DNA from: an uncultured archaeon
GTDB lineage: Archaea; Asgardarchaeota; Thorarchaeia; Thorarchaeales; Thorarchaeaceae
Assembly: GCA_964631415.1 (NCBI GenBank)
Contig: CAZVZC010000022.1
Span: 1 to 34,649 of the forward strand
DNA length: 34,649 bases
Reading direction: 5' to 3'
The notes beneath the pieces were generated by a model. That model ran no database searches. It was not told the DNA's origin and saw only the letters and a list, made by a program, of their open reading frames with translations. Shown piece by piece: positions 9,175 to 18,500 of the stretch (position 1 is the first letter of the stretch; each line of letters opens with the position of its first letter). Made by a program: the position numbers and the translations under genes.

Positions 9175-10842
9175 TTACAGCACACTCTCGATCCGCGTGG
9201 CTACCCAGTCCGTACCAAGTGTATTGATGAAGGGGCCTATGCGGGGACCATACTTCTGGGATATCAGAATCCTATACAAGACCAGGAACGCGCGCTTCTC
9301 GGTGACGCCGGCATCCCGAGCCATCTGGAATATGGTAGACTGGATATCTTCGTCACTCATCGACCCTCTTCGGAGCTGGACCACGAACCGCGACAGGAAG
9401 TCCCTGTCTTGGTCCGTGAGCATGGACCGCACTTCGTCTGGGACAGCGGCCGGCACCTCTATCTTGTCGTTCTCGGATCCAAAATCAGTCACCCAGTTCT
9501 TTGCTAGGTTCAGACGGGTCAGTATTAGTGAATGTGCCGCCTTCGGGACCTTGGACAGACCATACTGTTTCTTCAGTGCTTCCTCGCAGCGAGCCACTAC
9601 AGTCGCATGACCTAGTATCTCCTCAAGCTGGCACATCATCACTGCGAACTTGAATGGAAGCTTCGGAACAAACTTGGCTGCCACCGGACCCGGCTCACTC
9701 AGCGGGTAGAGGAGCTTAGACAGTTCGGTTTTCGCTTCGTCGGCACTGTCAATACCATAGTAGACTCGCTCGAATCTCTCGTATTCATCAGTCATGTCCG
9801 GTATACGAGTCGGCTGCACGTTTATGGTGCTCTGCAGGTCTGTCTTGAGCATCAGGAATCTGTATAGTTGCGGTGGGGCGATGGAGAGCCAGTTCTTTGG
9901 CCTGAAAACAACGCCTCTCGAGGTTCCCATGTCATGGCCCCCAATCTGGACCCACTCGTAAGGTACCTTCACAGGACCCGACCAACCGAACACTCTTCTA
10001 GAAATCTCAAGACCAGTGTCATATGACCCACCTTTGACTGCGTGGTCCTTCCCGGCAGGTTCGCAGGTCACGTTGAAGATGAACCACTTGGCAGGCCAGT
10101 CGATTCGCCAGTTCAACTTGAGCCGAAGCTTGTCTCTGGGGAGGGTGTCAGAGTAACCGCACGCCTGACACTCAAACGACACCGCCTCGGTTTCTGCATC
10201 ATAGTGGGTTATTCTGTTGGGAGCTATCTCACCCTTGACTCCTGCCTGTAGGCGGCCGCACTTCGGGCATACAACCGATGCAGGATACCATGACTTCATT
10301 GACTCAACGTATTCACTCTTCTGTTCCTCATTGAAATCGCGGGCGACATACTCAATCATGATCTCACGGATTACTTCGGTCTTCTCGAGACATATCCGAA
10401 CGACTTCCTGCATCTCTTTCCTTTCGTAGAGTTCGTGAGCCCAGACGATCTTCGGATTCACCCCATATTCCGGAAACGTTTCTATGAACTCATTCGCCCA
10501 GTGGGAGCCATAGCTCTCATGACAACCGAATTGGTCAGGCACCTCTGAATACGGGATACCAGTCCACTCTTTCAGGGACAGGGTGACGCTGGGTGGAAAC
10601 GACCGAACAGGGTCGTAGTCGTCAACAATGAACATCGTGGATGCCTGCTTTCCCATTTCCAGCAGCTGACGCTTGATCACATCTGCGATGATGATTTCGC
10701 GAAGTGACCCGATATGAATGCTGCCGCTCGGGCTCTTCCCGGTCGATATGAGATACGTGCCTACGTTTCTCTCTAGAACACTGTCGACGACATCTCGAAT
10801 CCAGTGGATTGAGAACTCCTCTTCATGAGGCGATTCCGACAT
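9175..10842 (-). CDS. lysS: lysyl-tRNA synthetase class I
   Basis: SPSGSIHIGSLRE, two CxxC knuckles, KLNWRIDWPAKW, EPAGKDH and YGPRIG. Confidence 0.96.
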   Translation of the reverse strand: MSESPHEEEFSIHWIRDVVDSVLERNVGTYLISTGKSPSGSIHIGSLREIIIADVIKRQLLEMGKQASTMFIVDDYDPVRSFPPSVTLSLKEWTGIPYSEVPDQFGCHESYGSHWANEFIETFPEYGVNPKIVWAHELYERKEMQEVVRICLEKTEVIREIMIEYVARDFNEEQKSEYVESMKSWYPASVVCPKCGRLQAGVKGEIAPNRITHYDAETEAVSFECQACGYSDTLPRDKLRLKLNWRIDWPAKWFIFNVTCEPAGKDHAVKGGSYDTGLEISRRVFGWSGPVKVPYEWVQIGGHDMGTSRGVVFRPKNWLSIAPPQLYRFLMLKTDLQSTINVQPTRIPDMTDEYERFERVYYGIDSADEAKTELSKLLYPLSEPGPVAAKFVPKLPFKFAVMMCQLEEILGHATVVARCEEALKKQYGLSKVPKAAHSLILTRLNLAKNWVTDFGSENDKIEVPAAVPDEVRSMLTDQDRDFLSRFVVQLRRGSMSDEDIQSTIFQMARDAGVTEKRAFLVLYRILISQKYGPRIGPFINTLGTDWVATRIESVL

Positions 10843-10891
10843 CAGGGCATCCCCGCGGTTCCCCTCTGGTCCACTCTAATGAACGTTGCCA

Positions 10892-12742
10892 TCAGACTGA
10901 GAACTCTGAAACTCTCAGCTCGGATCGGCTGTTGAAGATGAGGTATACCGGGACCGTGGCAAGTATCACGACAGCGATGACGAAAGTGAGTATCAAAGTG
11001 GCAGAGAGGGGGAGATACAGAACGGATGGTAATACGGCCTCAGGAATCAGGACATAGACGCTGAACATGACAGAAACCAAGACAGCAGGCAGCCCAGCCT
11101 TGAGGCCCATGCTCACACCCTCGGCAACCATCATCCTCGCGATGAATGAGGGCTTGGCTCCGATAGATTTCATTATGACATAGTCGCGGAACCGACTGAA
11201 AATAGAAACAAGCAGGAAGTAGGTCAGATTCAGAAACGCACCGATCAGAGCCATCAGGGGGAGTGGTTGCATCAAAGACCAGATACCAGCGACTGTCGCT
11301 CGGTTCTGCAGAAGGGCAGTTTGTTGCCTATATGTACCCATTCCGTATCCGGCAGCGATGCTCTCCAGCTGCTCAATGTAGGACTCCTCATATGACTCTA
11401 GCTGGACGAGTACAAGATTCTCACCAGTGACTTCCCAGAGCTCCTTCATGAGGGACAGGTCCATCATGGCTACCATCCCCCCGTTCAGTATCTCGAATGC
11501 TACTCCTTTGACCTGCAGGGATAATCCATGGACCCCCAATGACTGCACAAGTGGGTCTACGTACATCGATGTTGCCATTGCGCCCCCTATCCATGCATCG
11601 TGCGATGAGTTCGCAGGTGTGCCTTCGAAATACCAGCTGGAAAGTGTGTTGTCCCAGTCGAGACCTACGACCACAGCAGTAGAGACTCTGTTCTCACCTA
11701 TTGTTTCATATCGTCCCAGAGTCGGGTTCCAGATTGTCGCCCGACCCTCCGCCACCGTTGAAAACTCAACGAGTCGGGACTCGACTCCTGTAACACCCGG
11801 TTGACTTGGCAGGAGTGCAGTAAGTTCGGGAGGCACCATGTATGAACTGTTGATGAAACTGGTATTGTTGGCGAGAGGTTCACCCTGAAGCAGATACGCA
11901 CTGTAGTAGGTGGACAGCATGTCGGGGTGTCCAATAGCTACCACGTTCACGCCCATGGATCGCTCAATGTAGACCTCTGTCGTGGTCTGGACCACACCAC
12001 CACCTATCCACAGTAAGGAAGCAAGAGTGATGCTAAGGAACAGCGACAACAACACCCTCCGTGACCCTTTGATTTGCCTTCCCATCGCCTTCGCCGCAAG
12101 TCTGAATGGAAGTCCGAATGTGTCAAGGTAACCGACAGCTCGGACCCTTGTGCCCAGATCGGGGTTCATCGCTGCGATTGGAGACTCCTGCACTGTGTCG
12201 TAGATTGGCTTCTGAGCGGCGAAATAGCCTATGAAGACATAGATGAGGGCCAGCCCTGCGACGTGAAACAATGGGTAGTCAAACGAGAACCGAAGACCCG
12301 GAAGCATCACGGCCAACCACAGCATTCCTGCCAAATAGATCAACGTCCCGCATGCAATGCCAAGTACCACGCTGGCCAGAAGGAGGATGACGGCCTGAGC
12401 CATGAAGTGGTCGAATATGGTGTCCATCAAAGTGCCTATGGACTTCATGAGACCGATGTCTCTCCTTCGACTTACCATCTCCAGCGACACAGTGCTTGAA
12501 ACGACTACTGCGCCTAGCATCAGGACAAGCATCAGGACAGTCCAGATGAATGCGTTAAACAGCAGGCTGAGCGGTGAAGCAAGTCCCCGCGACGTCAAGG
12601 ACGAAGTGACTTCCAACATGACATTGGCAAACAGGAACAGAAACGTCGTGAACGCCACAACTGTGGTCATGGCGAGTAGTACGAGCACTGTCCTGAATGG
12701 GCGCCGCTTGAGATCTACTGATGCGTAGTCCTGTTCAGGCAA
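10892..12742 (-). CDS. FtsX/MacB-like ABC permease (two FtsX domains)
   Basis: RRRDIGLMKSIG and RFRDYVIMKSIGA repeats; TM segments; one large extracytoplasmic domain; overlaps the ATPase gene. Confidence 0.9.
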   Translation of the reverse strand: MPEQDYASVDLKRRPFRTVLVLLAMTTVVAFTTFLFLFANVMLEVTSSLTSRGLASPLSLLFNAFIWTVLMLVLMLGAVVVSSTVSLEMVSRRRDIGLMKSIGTLMDTIFDHFMAQAVILLLASVVLGIACGTLIYLAGMLWLAVMLPGLRFSFDYPLFHVAGLALIYVFIGYFAAQKPIYDTVQESPIAAMNPDLGTRVRAVGYLDTFGLPFRLAAKAMGRQIKGSRRVLLSLFLSITLASLLWIGGGVVQTTTEVYIERSMGVNVVAIGHPDMLSTYYSAYLLQGEPLANNTSFINSSYMVPPELTALLPSQPGVTGVESRLVEFSTVAEGRATIWNPTLGRYETIGENRVSTAVVVGLDWDNTLSSWYFEGTPANSSHDAWIGGAMATSMYVDPLVQSLGVHGLSLQVKGVAFEILNGGMVAMMDLSLMKELWEVTGENLVLVQLESYEESYIEQLESIAAGYGMGTYRQQTALLQNRATVAGIWSLMQPLPLMALIGAFLNLTYFLLVSIFSRFRDYVIMKSIGAKPSFIARMMVAEGVSMGLKAGLPAVLVSVMFSVYVLIPEAVLPSVLYLPLSATLILTFVIAVVILATVPVYLIFNSRSELRVSEFSV

Positions 12743-13493
12743 CAGTCTTCAACTCCCCGTTCAACATCTCGTAGTGTCTGACTCCAGGCAGGCCTATTAT
12801 GTCGTTGTCGTGAGTAGCAACAAAGACTGTCTTTCCTCGTCTGTTCAGTTCGACCAAGAGTTCCCGCACTATCTTTGCGCTATCGTGATCGAGATTGGCC
12901 GTAGGCTCGTCTGCAAGCAGAATCGACGGGTCGTTCGCCATTGCACGCGCCACTGCCACCCTCTGCTGCTCGCCCGAGCTTAGCTGCCACGGCAGATGAT
13001 TAAAGCGATCACTGAGCCCCACTGTGTTGAGAAGACCCATGGCCTCCTCCCGCAGCGCCCTACTGCTCTTGCTCGAGAGCTGCATTGGAAACATCACATT
13101 CTCAAGGGCAGTAAGAGTAGAGATGAGGTTGTAGCTCTGAAAAACGAAGCCGGTGTTAGTCAACCGGAACGTAGCCCTAAACGTTTCATCGTAGTCCCCG
13201 ATGGGCACATCCAGAACCAACACTCTTCCCTCGGAGACGAAGTCAATCCCACCGATAATGTTCAGTAGTGTGGTCTTTCCAGACCCAGATGGCCCGGATA
13301 TGACCACGAACTCTCCCGAGTCGACACTGATATTCACTTTTCGAAGGCCTACGACCTGAGTCTTTCCTACTGTGTACACGCGAGATACATCCACGAGGCG
13401 TACAGCATGTCGTACTCTATCTATCTCTTCTAAGTCGGTCTCATCAAGAGCATCCTCTGAATCTGGGAACGGTTCCTCTGTCGTATCGGGCAC
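12735..13493 (-). CDS. ABC transporter ATP-binding protein (LolD/MacB-type)
   Basis: GPSGSGKT, LSSGEQQRVAVARA, LLADEPTANLD and ATHD. Confidence 0.95.
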   Translation of the reverse strand: MPDTTEEPFPDSEDALDETDLEEIDRVRHAVRLVDVSRVYTVGKTQVVGLRKVNISVDSGEFVVISGPSGSGKTTLLNIIGGIDFVSEGRVLVLDVPIGDYDETFRATFRLTNTGFVFQSYNLISTLTALENVMFPMQLSSKSSRALREEAMGLLNTVGLSDRFNHLPWQLSSGEQQRVAVARAMANDPSILLADEPTANLDHDSAKIVRELLVELNRRGKTVFVATHDNDIIGLPGVRHYEMLNGELKTVA

Positions 13494-13603
13494 CTCCGGT
13501 TCTGGTTCACTCTGCGGCCGCGCTGAGGCCCAAGGACAGGCACTACACCAAGTCAGTCGGCCACAGGATGAGAGATAAGCCTAGGGGTTCGTCAGCTGTA
13601 CTA

Positions 13604-14365
13604 TCATGATGTCAGATTCGCCAAGGCTGAATTCGCCCAGTCTGTCAACACCAGAGGCTTCTCGCGGCCAAACACTCGAACAGTGCTCAGTATGTCCTCT
13701 TGAATCAGCTGGCCGACATAGTATGACACCAGACTCTTGTCCATTGACAGCGTCCTGCTCAGGTCAGCCTGAGTTATCCTGCCGTTTGTAACGCACTGTT
13801 CCAGAATTGCGCTGATGACCGGGCTCCTTAGGTACGATGCAAGCCGAAGCGTCTGCGGATCCGATGAAAAGTCACTTGGGAAGAAGTGACGTGCATTGCC
13901 ATTCTTCACTGAAACCAACTGTCCCCCAAGCTCCAACTGCTTGAGATGGTACTGCAGCGCACCCATGGCACAGCCAAGACTACGGTGTAGCTCGCGAAGG
14001 TGAATCCCCGGATTGGATGACACCTGATCCATGACCCGATCCCGGAGCCTAGACACACGTTCCTGCTGCCTGCGCTCAGCGACGACTGTTCCCACTGCAA
14101 CAGCGAAAGAACTTAGTCCTGCCAAAGGCCCAGTCATGCTATTGCTGAGGGCAATCGAAGTGCCCGCGCTAAAGGGCGCCACACAGAGCAATAGCTCCAG
14201 AGAGCCTGGGCTTGATTCCTCCCATGACTCCGCGTCTGCGAGGGTAAGCACTTGGCCAGTCTGTTTCAGCTGCAGGAAGTAGAGGCTCAGGGCACCAGAC
14301 AGCAGTAGCACTAAGAATAGCGTGACGGCCGCTTTCCTACCCTGAGTTGCGCGCATTCTCATCAT
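13604..14365 (-). CDS. membrane-anchored tandem winged-HTH transcriptional regulator (COG3398-like)
   Basis: N-terminal hydrophobic segments, then NPGIHLRELHRSLGCAMGALQYHLKQLE and a second HTH ITQADLSRTLSMDKSLVSYYVGQL. Start moved to ATG 14365 to avoid overlap with the V4R gene. Confidence 0.82.
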   Translation of the reverse strand: MMRMRATQGRKAAVTLFLVLLLSGALSLYFLQLKQTGQVLTLADAESWEESSPGSLELLLCVAPFSAGTSIALSNSMTGPLAGLSSFAVAVGTVVAERRQQERVSRLRDRVMDQVSSNPGIHLRELHRSLGCAMGALQYHLKQLELGGQLVSVKNGNARHFFPSDFSSDPQTLRLASYLRSPVISAILEQCVTNGRITQADLSRTLSMDKSLVSYYVGQLIQEDILSTVRVFGREKPLVLTDWANSALANLTS

Positions 14366-14424
14366 CCTACTGCATGCGTGTTTTGCTGTTAAGCAGTGCG
14401 TTTGTGGAATAGACGTACTATCCC

Positions 14425-14976
14425 TCAACCGCGCGGGGGATAGCTCATGGTTATCTTGAACGTACATGCCTCCGCACCCGTGGTCATACAGGTTTCCTCG
14501 ATCACCACGAGCTTCTCGTACGTTATCCTGTTGAAGTCTGTCAGATACTCAAGCACCGCCTCGATGAACCCTCTCAGAAAATAGCATGAGGGCTCCTTCG
14601 ATTCTTGGCCTGCTGCGTAGGGATTGTCGCGTATCTCTATCACAGATTCCTCATCGAGAAACAGCTTGTAGAGCTTTGTTATCCTGACGTCTCCGAACGG
14701 AACAATGAGTGTGGACAGAGCCATCTTGATGAACTCGATTATGCCCTTGAAATCTCCAGGTGGCTTCTGTTTCCCGATTTTGAAGTACTCACGTTGGGCC
14801 TCTAGTCCCGCAAGACGACCCGCACTGTAGTAGAGGTCACGCACCCTATCAGGAAACATGACCTCGATCCTGTTGCCTATCTTGGACCAGGTCTTAGCAA
14901 AGAAGGCCCTCATCAGGTCGCGTTCTTTCAGCTTGCCTTGCCACCAAGGAATCGGCTCTGGAGTGGGCTTAGACAT
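14425..14976 (-). CDS. V4R-domain protein
   Basis: YSAGRLAG, IEIRDNP, PSCYFLRGFIEA and EETCMTTGAEACTF (V4R C/E/C/C motif). Start set at ATG 14976. Confidence 0.85.
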   Translation of the reverse strand: MSKPTPEPIPWWQGKLKERDLMRAFFAKTWSKIGNRIEVMFPDRVRDLYYSAGRLAGLEAQREYFKIGKQKPPGDFKGIIEFIKMALSTLIVPFGDVRITKLYKLFLDEESVIEIRDNPYAAGQESKEPSCYFLRGFIEAVLEYLTDFNRITYEKLVVIEETCMTTGAEACTFKITMSYPPRG

Positions 14977-15037
14977 CGTGGGTCCTCTCAGTGGCCGTGT
15001 GACTGCAACGGGCGTTAAGTCCTTTGTGATGACCTCA

Positions 15038-15511
15038 TCAAACCAAGCGGACGTTCCAGGTACAGCTGTCCGCTCCTGTGGCGCGGCAACTCTCCTGGAA
15101 GACCTTTGCCTCAACGCCCTTGAAACCGAGCACTGACTCCAATATGCCGCTGAACACCTCGCAGTAGCCGAAGCCAAGCATACCCTCGAGATGTATGTCT
15201 TGGCACCATATGCAGGACACGTCTGTGACCCGGACACAACCGCGCGCGGACTCCATATCAACGGTAGTCGGTTTCTTGTCATAAAGGACTCTAAAAAGAA
15301 GATCAACGAGCCTAGCGACATCCTCACGAGTCGTCAGTCTTTCCTTAAGCTTGTCAACAATGTCGGTAGAGAGGTAGATGTTAGAAGCCATCTCATGCCC
15401 TAGGTCTCTGAGGCGTTGGTTGGCCTCCTGAATGTTCGCAGTTTCGCTCAGAACATGATCGACGACCTGCGAGTACAACGAGAGCAGTAGTGGGTTCTCT
15501 ATCTTGACCAT
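15038..15511 (-). CDS. Bet3/TRAPPC3-like V4R-fold protein (paralog 2)
   Basis: LLSLYSQVV...ANQRLRDLGHEM, CIWC, YCEVFSGILESVL and ESCRATGADSCTW; clear paralog of 17967-18473. Confidence 0.8.
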   Translation of the reverse strand: MVKIENPLLLSLYSQVVDHVLSETANIQEANQRLRDLGHEMASNIYLSTDIVDKLKERLTTREDVARLVDLLFRVLYDKKPTTVDMESARGCVRVTDVSCIWCQDIHLEGMLGFGYCEVFSGILESVLGFKGVEAKVFQESCRATGADSCTWNVRLV

Positions 15512-15543
15512 CTAGGCTACCTCTTTGAACAAGCTCAGAACAG

Positions 15544-16527
15544 CTAAGCGGTCTTTCCTATTACCCTAAGCCCCAATCGGCGGTACTGTGCTAGGATCTG
15601 TATGACCTTTGAATGGGGAAGACCTGCCACCTCTGCAATCTCCTCAGCAGTCTTCGTGCCATCGCAGAGTTTGAGGACCTGAACATCTTCGCCCTTAACC
15701 TTGGTGAGATCGCCATCGAAGACAGGGCATTTGACGAAACGACTAATCGTGGGAGATGCCTTCTCATCGACCTCCTTCCTCTTTGTTTCAGGCACTGACA
15801 CAATACTCTTCGAGGCCGCCCACTTGAGGAGTTCCACCACTCTCTCATTCGGCTGGAACATCGAGTCTGCAATCTGGGAAACCGTTCTGGTCCCATCGAC
15901 CATCATCAGCACATCGAATCCGAAGTTCCGGTAAGTACTCTTCATATCAGAGTAGAGTGGAGAGTCCAGAGAGAGCGCTGTGGCATAGCCACTTCCCCTC
16001 TTTGGGACTGTTGTCAAGTTCACTTGGAAGTCACTGGGACTTGCCGGCTTCTTCTCGACAACGGCAGGCTTCGGTGATGGCATGGGAGCTGGTGCCACTT
16101 CAGGTGCCAGCGGCGCCGCAGACGTAGATGCGGCTTTGATTGCTATGCTCTGTAGGACCTCAAGGTTGCCCTCGGCTGAGTCCTCGAACTGCTCGGGTGG
16201 CGGCGGCAGTTCAATGCCTTCCAGCAACCTGAGAACATTCTTGGTCTTGGCGATTGCCAATCCCAGTTGGAGCTCGGGCACATAAAGGACCGTCAGAATC
16301 CAGTTCTCGTCTACAGGCGATAGCACAACAAGGCCCTTGTCGGTGTCAATGGTCATCAGGCGAAGGTCTGACTTGTAAAGCTTGATGCTGTCCTTTATCC
16401 TAGGAAACAGGTCATCTGGAAACGAGAAGCTGACGAAAGGTCGCCCGACTTTCGTCATAAGCGAGTAGCCTAGTACCTGGTCATCGAACCTGAGCTTTGA
16501 GAGAGCTCGCTCCAGATCACTAGACAT
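15544..16527 (-). CDS. roadblock/LC7-like domain + Pro-rich linker + tandem winged-helix protein (paralog 2)
   Basis: Roadblock pattern (helix, VLGYSLMTKVG, KGLVVLSPVDENWILTVL, LGLAIAKTK), then LPPPP, then VDGTRTVSQIA and CDGTKTAEEIA wHTH repeats; GAGGTG RBS. Confidence 0.72.
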   Translation of the reverse strand: MSSDLERALSKLRFDDQVLGYSLMTKVGRPFVSFSFPDDLFPRIKDSIKLYKSDLRLMTIDTDKGLVVLSPVDENWILTVLYVPELQLGLAIAKTKNVLRLLEGIELPPPPEQFEDSAEGNLEVLQSIAIKAASTSAAPLAPEVAPAPMPSPKPAVVEKKPASPSDFQVNLTTVPKRGSGYATALSLDSPLYSDMKSTYRNFGFDVLMMVDGTRTVSQIADSMFQPNERVVELLKWAASKSIVSVPETKRKEVDEKASPTISRFVKCPVFDGDLTKVKGEDVQVLKLCDGTKTAEEIAEVAGLPHSKVIQILAQYRRLGLRVIGKTA

Positions 16528-16720
16528 CGATCAACACCTCATGGGTCCCTTGCATGAGCCCGTTGCCGCTTGCTGCAGGGATACTGCCAAGGGTGGTCTG
16601 AAAAGCATTGTGGTGTTGGAGCAGCCAGACATTACCGCGCCCATCTTGGATGCCTGCTGGAACTCTTATCAGAACACCTCAGAGTATTCCCCACGCTTCA
16701 GCAGATGACACACCCAATAC

Positions 16721-16733
16721 GAAAACCGTTAAG
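16721..16733 (+). promoter_or_regulatory. putative BRE/TATA promoter
   Basis: GAAAACCGTTAAG about 50 nt upstream of ATG 16784. Confidence 0.4.
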
Positions 16734-16783
16734 AGAGCTTGTAGTACGGATGCGGGTACGCACCAATCTGAGGAGCATCAAGG

Positions 16784-17368
16784 ATGAAGAATGCTGTTGG
16801 CGGATTCTTGGGGGCGCTTCTCGGATCTTGTCTGATAGTGTGGCTCCTCACATTGCCTCGAGTTGTCTACCCCGATCCATTCGATATGGTTTGGTTCCTT
16901 CTTGTAGGAAGTGCGGCCCTACAGACAACTGCGGCAGGGTTGCTCAACATCAGCACGGCTCTGGTCTACTTCATAGTATGGCTCATCATAGGCCTGGTGA
17001 TTAGCCCATTCTCGAAATCGAACTGGAACTCCGTCAGGACAGCCGTGTGGACAAGCGTCTTCTTGGCTCTCTTCACAACCATGTCTGCTGTCTTGCTGGA
17101 TCCCCTCTTTTGGACGTCTGGTGCGAGGAACACTCGCCTCATTGAGTTCTTTGCGACCTCCCTGCTCTTTGCGCCTCTCGCGCTTGCAGCCGCTGTTCCA
17201 GTAAGGGTTTCAGTCATTCGTCTGAGGAGGAAGGAAGCGCAGTTTCCAGAGAACATCGAAACCGTGTGCGAGTGCGGCGCGGTATTCAAGTCGAAGCCCA
17301 TGCTCTGCTCAGAGTGCGGCAGAGTCTTGGCAGCAAGCGATTCTCAGGAAACATCGTCACCGAACTAA
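16784..17368 (+). CDS. integral membrane protein with C-terminal zinc ribbon
   Basis: About 4-5 hydrophobic segments; CECG...CSECG; AGGAG RBS. Confidence 0.82.
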   Translation: MKNAVGGFLGALLGSCLIVWLLTLPRVVYPDPFDMVWFLLVGSAALQTTAAGLLNISTALVYFIVWLIIGLVISPFSKSNWNSVRTAVWTSVFLALFTTMSAVLLDPLFWTSGARNTRLIEFFATSLLFAPLALAAAVPVRVSVIRLRRKEAQFPENIETVCECGAVFKSKPMLCSECGRVLAASDSQETSSPN

Positions 17369-17880
17369 CGTTGCCTGGTGATTGCGCCACCTAGGATACC
17401 TCCAATGACCACAGCGATGCACGGGTAGATGCAGCCCTCGAATGCGGCCTGAAGTATCAACATCGAAGCAGTGCCAAACAAGGCAGACACATCCGTGGTC
17501 TGGACGAAGAATATCAGAAGCCAAATCAGCACAGCACCAGACACAGCTGAGAACACTGCTGCCAATACACCTTGGAGCAGGCCCCGAGCAAGGAGACCTG
17601 CGACCAGTCCGGCTGTGCCCCAAGCTAGGAACATCAGAACGCTGCTGTTTCCCGCGCCCATGCCAAGAAGCGCAGCCAAGCTCTGACCCCCAAGTGCAGA
17701 AGGATAGAGAACAGTACCCACTATGATGAACCTCAGCTCCAAGTCGGGCCAAGACAGGAAGTCAGCCACTACGCTAGCAGGTATCAGTGCTTCTGGCATC
17801 AGACTGCCGAATGTGAGTATTATGAAGCAGATCACAAAGGCAGTTATCATGCCTGCAAGTGTGCCAATCAGCTGACCCAA
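17365..17880 (-). CDS. Gly-rich integral membrane protein
   Basis: About 4-5 TM segments with GxxxG motifs. TTG 17880 is preceded by a GGTGG RBS and by TATAAA at 17933-17938. Confidence 0.8.
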   Translation of the reverse strand: MGQLIGTLAGMITAFVICFIILTFGSLMPEALIPASVVADFLSWPDLELRFIIVGTVLYPSALGGQSLAALLGMGAGNSSVLMFLAWGTAGLVAGLLARGLLQGVLAAVFSAVSGAVLIWLLIFFVQTTDVSALFGTASMLILQAAFEGCIYPCIAVVIGGILGGAITRQR

Positions 17881-17932
17881 GGTGTGCCCACCGTTTGTGT
17901 GTCTTCTAGCAAGTCTTGTGTTGATGTTTCCA

Positions 17933-17938
17933 TTTATA
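17933..17938 (-). promoter_or_regulatory. putative TATA box
   Basis: TATAAA on the minus strand about 53 nt upstream of TTG 17880. Confidence 0.45.
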
Positions 17939-17966
17939 CATATGCCGCATCGACGGACCGCAACGC

Positions 17967-18473
17967 TCACTCGAGCAGCTTAATCGCCCAAGTGCAAGAC
18001 GCATCGCCCACAGCTCTGCAGGACTCCTGATACGCGTCACCGTTGAATCCCCTCAGCGTCAGCACTGCCTGAAACACACCGCTCACAAGATTGCAGTACT
18101 GGAGTCCCGGCATGTCCTTTATCTCGACACCTTCACACAGCGGGCATTTCTCGTCCGTGAACTTTATTGTCCGACGATCGTCACTGACCCATGTCGAAGT
18201 GAAGTCCTGACCAGAATTCACCTTGTATGCGAGCTGAAGGGTGGATCCGAACTCGTGAAACGCTTTCGCATGCTTCCTTATCCTCTCTGCGTAGTCCATG
18301 AGTAGGTGCTCGCCCACCCTGAAGCCGATTTCTTTCATTTTCTTGTTTATTTCCTCTACGGTGCCACATGTTTCGATCAGGTAATTCATTAGCTCTCTGT
18401 ATGTGGATTGGAAAAGCGGCTTTGCCACCTTGTCCACTTTGAGGTTCCACGCAAGTGTGCCTTTTACTCCCAT
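17967..18473 (-). CDS. Bet3/TRAPPC3-like V4R-fold protein (paralog 1)
   Basis: DKVAKPLFQSTYRELM...EEINKKMKEIGFRVGEHLLMDY...LQYCNLVSGVFQAVL resembles Bet3 (LFTLTYGALV...DVNKQLDKMGFNIGVRLIEDF...LIYSNLLCGVLRGAL, recalled from memory). Also has the V4R motif ESCRAVGDASCTW; AGGAG RBS. Confidence 0.85.
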   Translation of the reverse strand: MGVKGTLAWNLKVDKVAKPLFQSTYRELMNYLIETCGTVEEINKKMKEIGFRVGEHLLMDYAERIRKHAKAFHEFGSTLQLAYKVNSGQDFTSTWVSDDRRTIKFTDEKCPLCEGVEIKDMPGLQYCNLVSGVFQAVLTLRGFNGDAYQESCRAVGDASCTWAIKLLE

Positions 18474-18500
18474 TTGTCTACGACTCCTTTTGTTTGTTGA

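Noticed and set aside
14977-15327. N-terminal extension of ORF 14425..15327
   Set aside because: It overlaps the Bet3-like gene in another frame and has non-protein-like composition; the V4R protein plausibly starts at ATG 14976.
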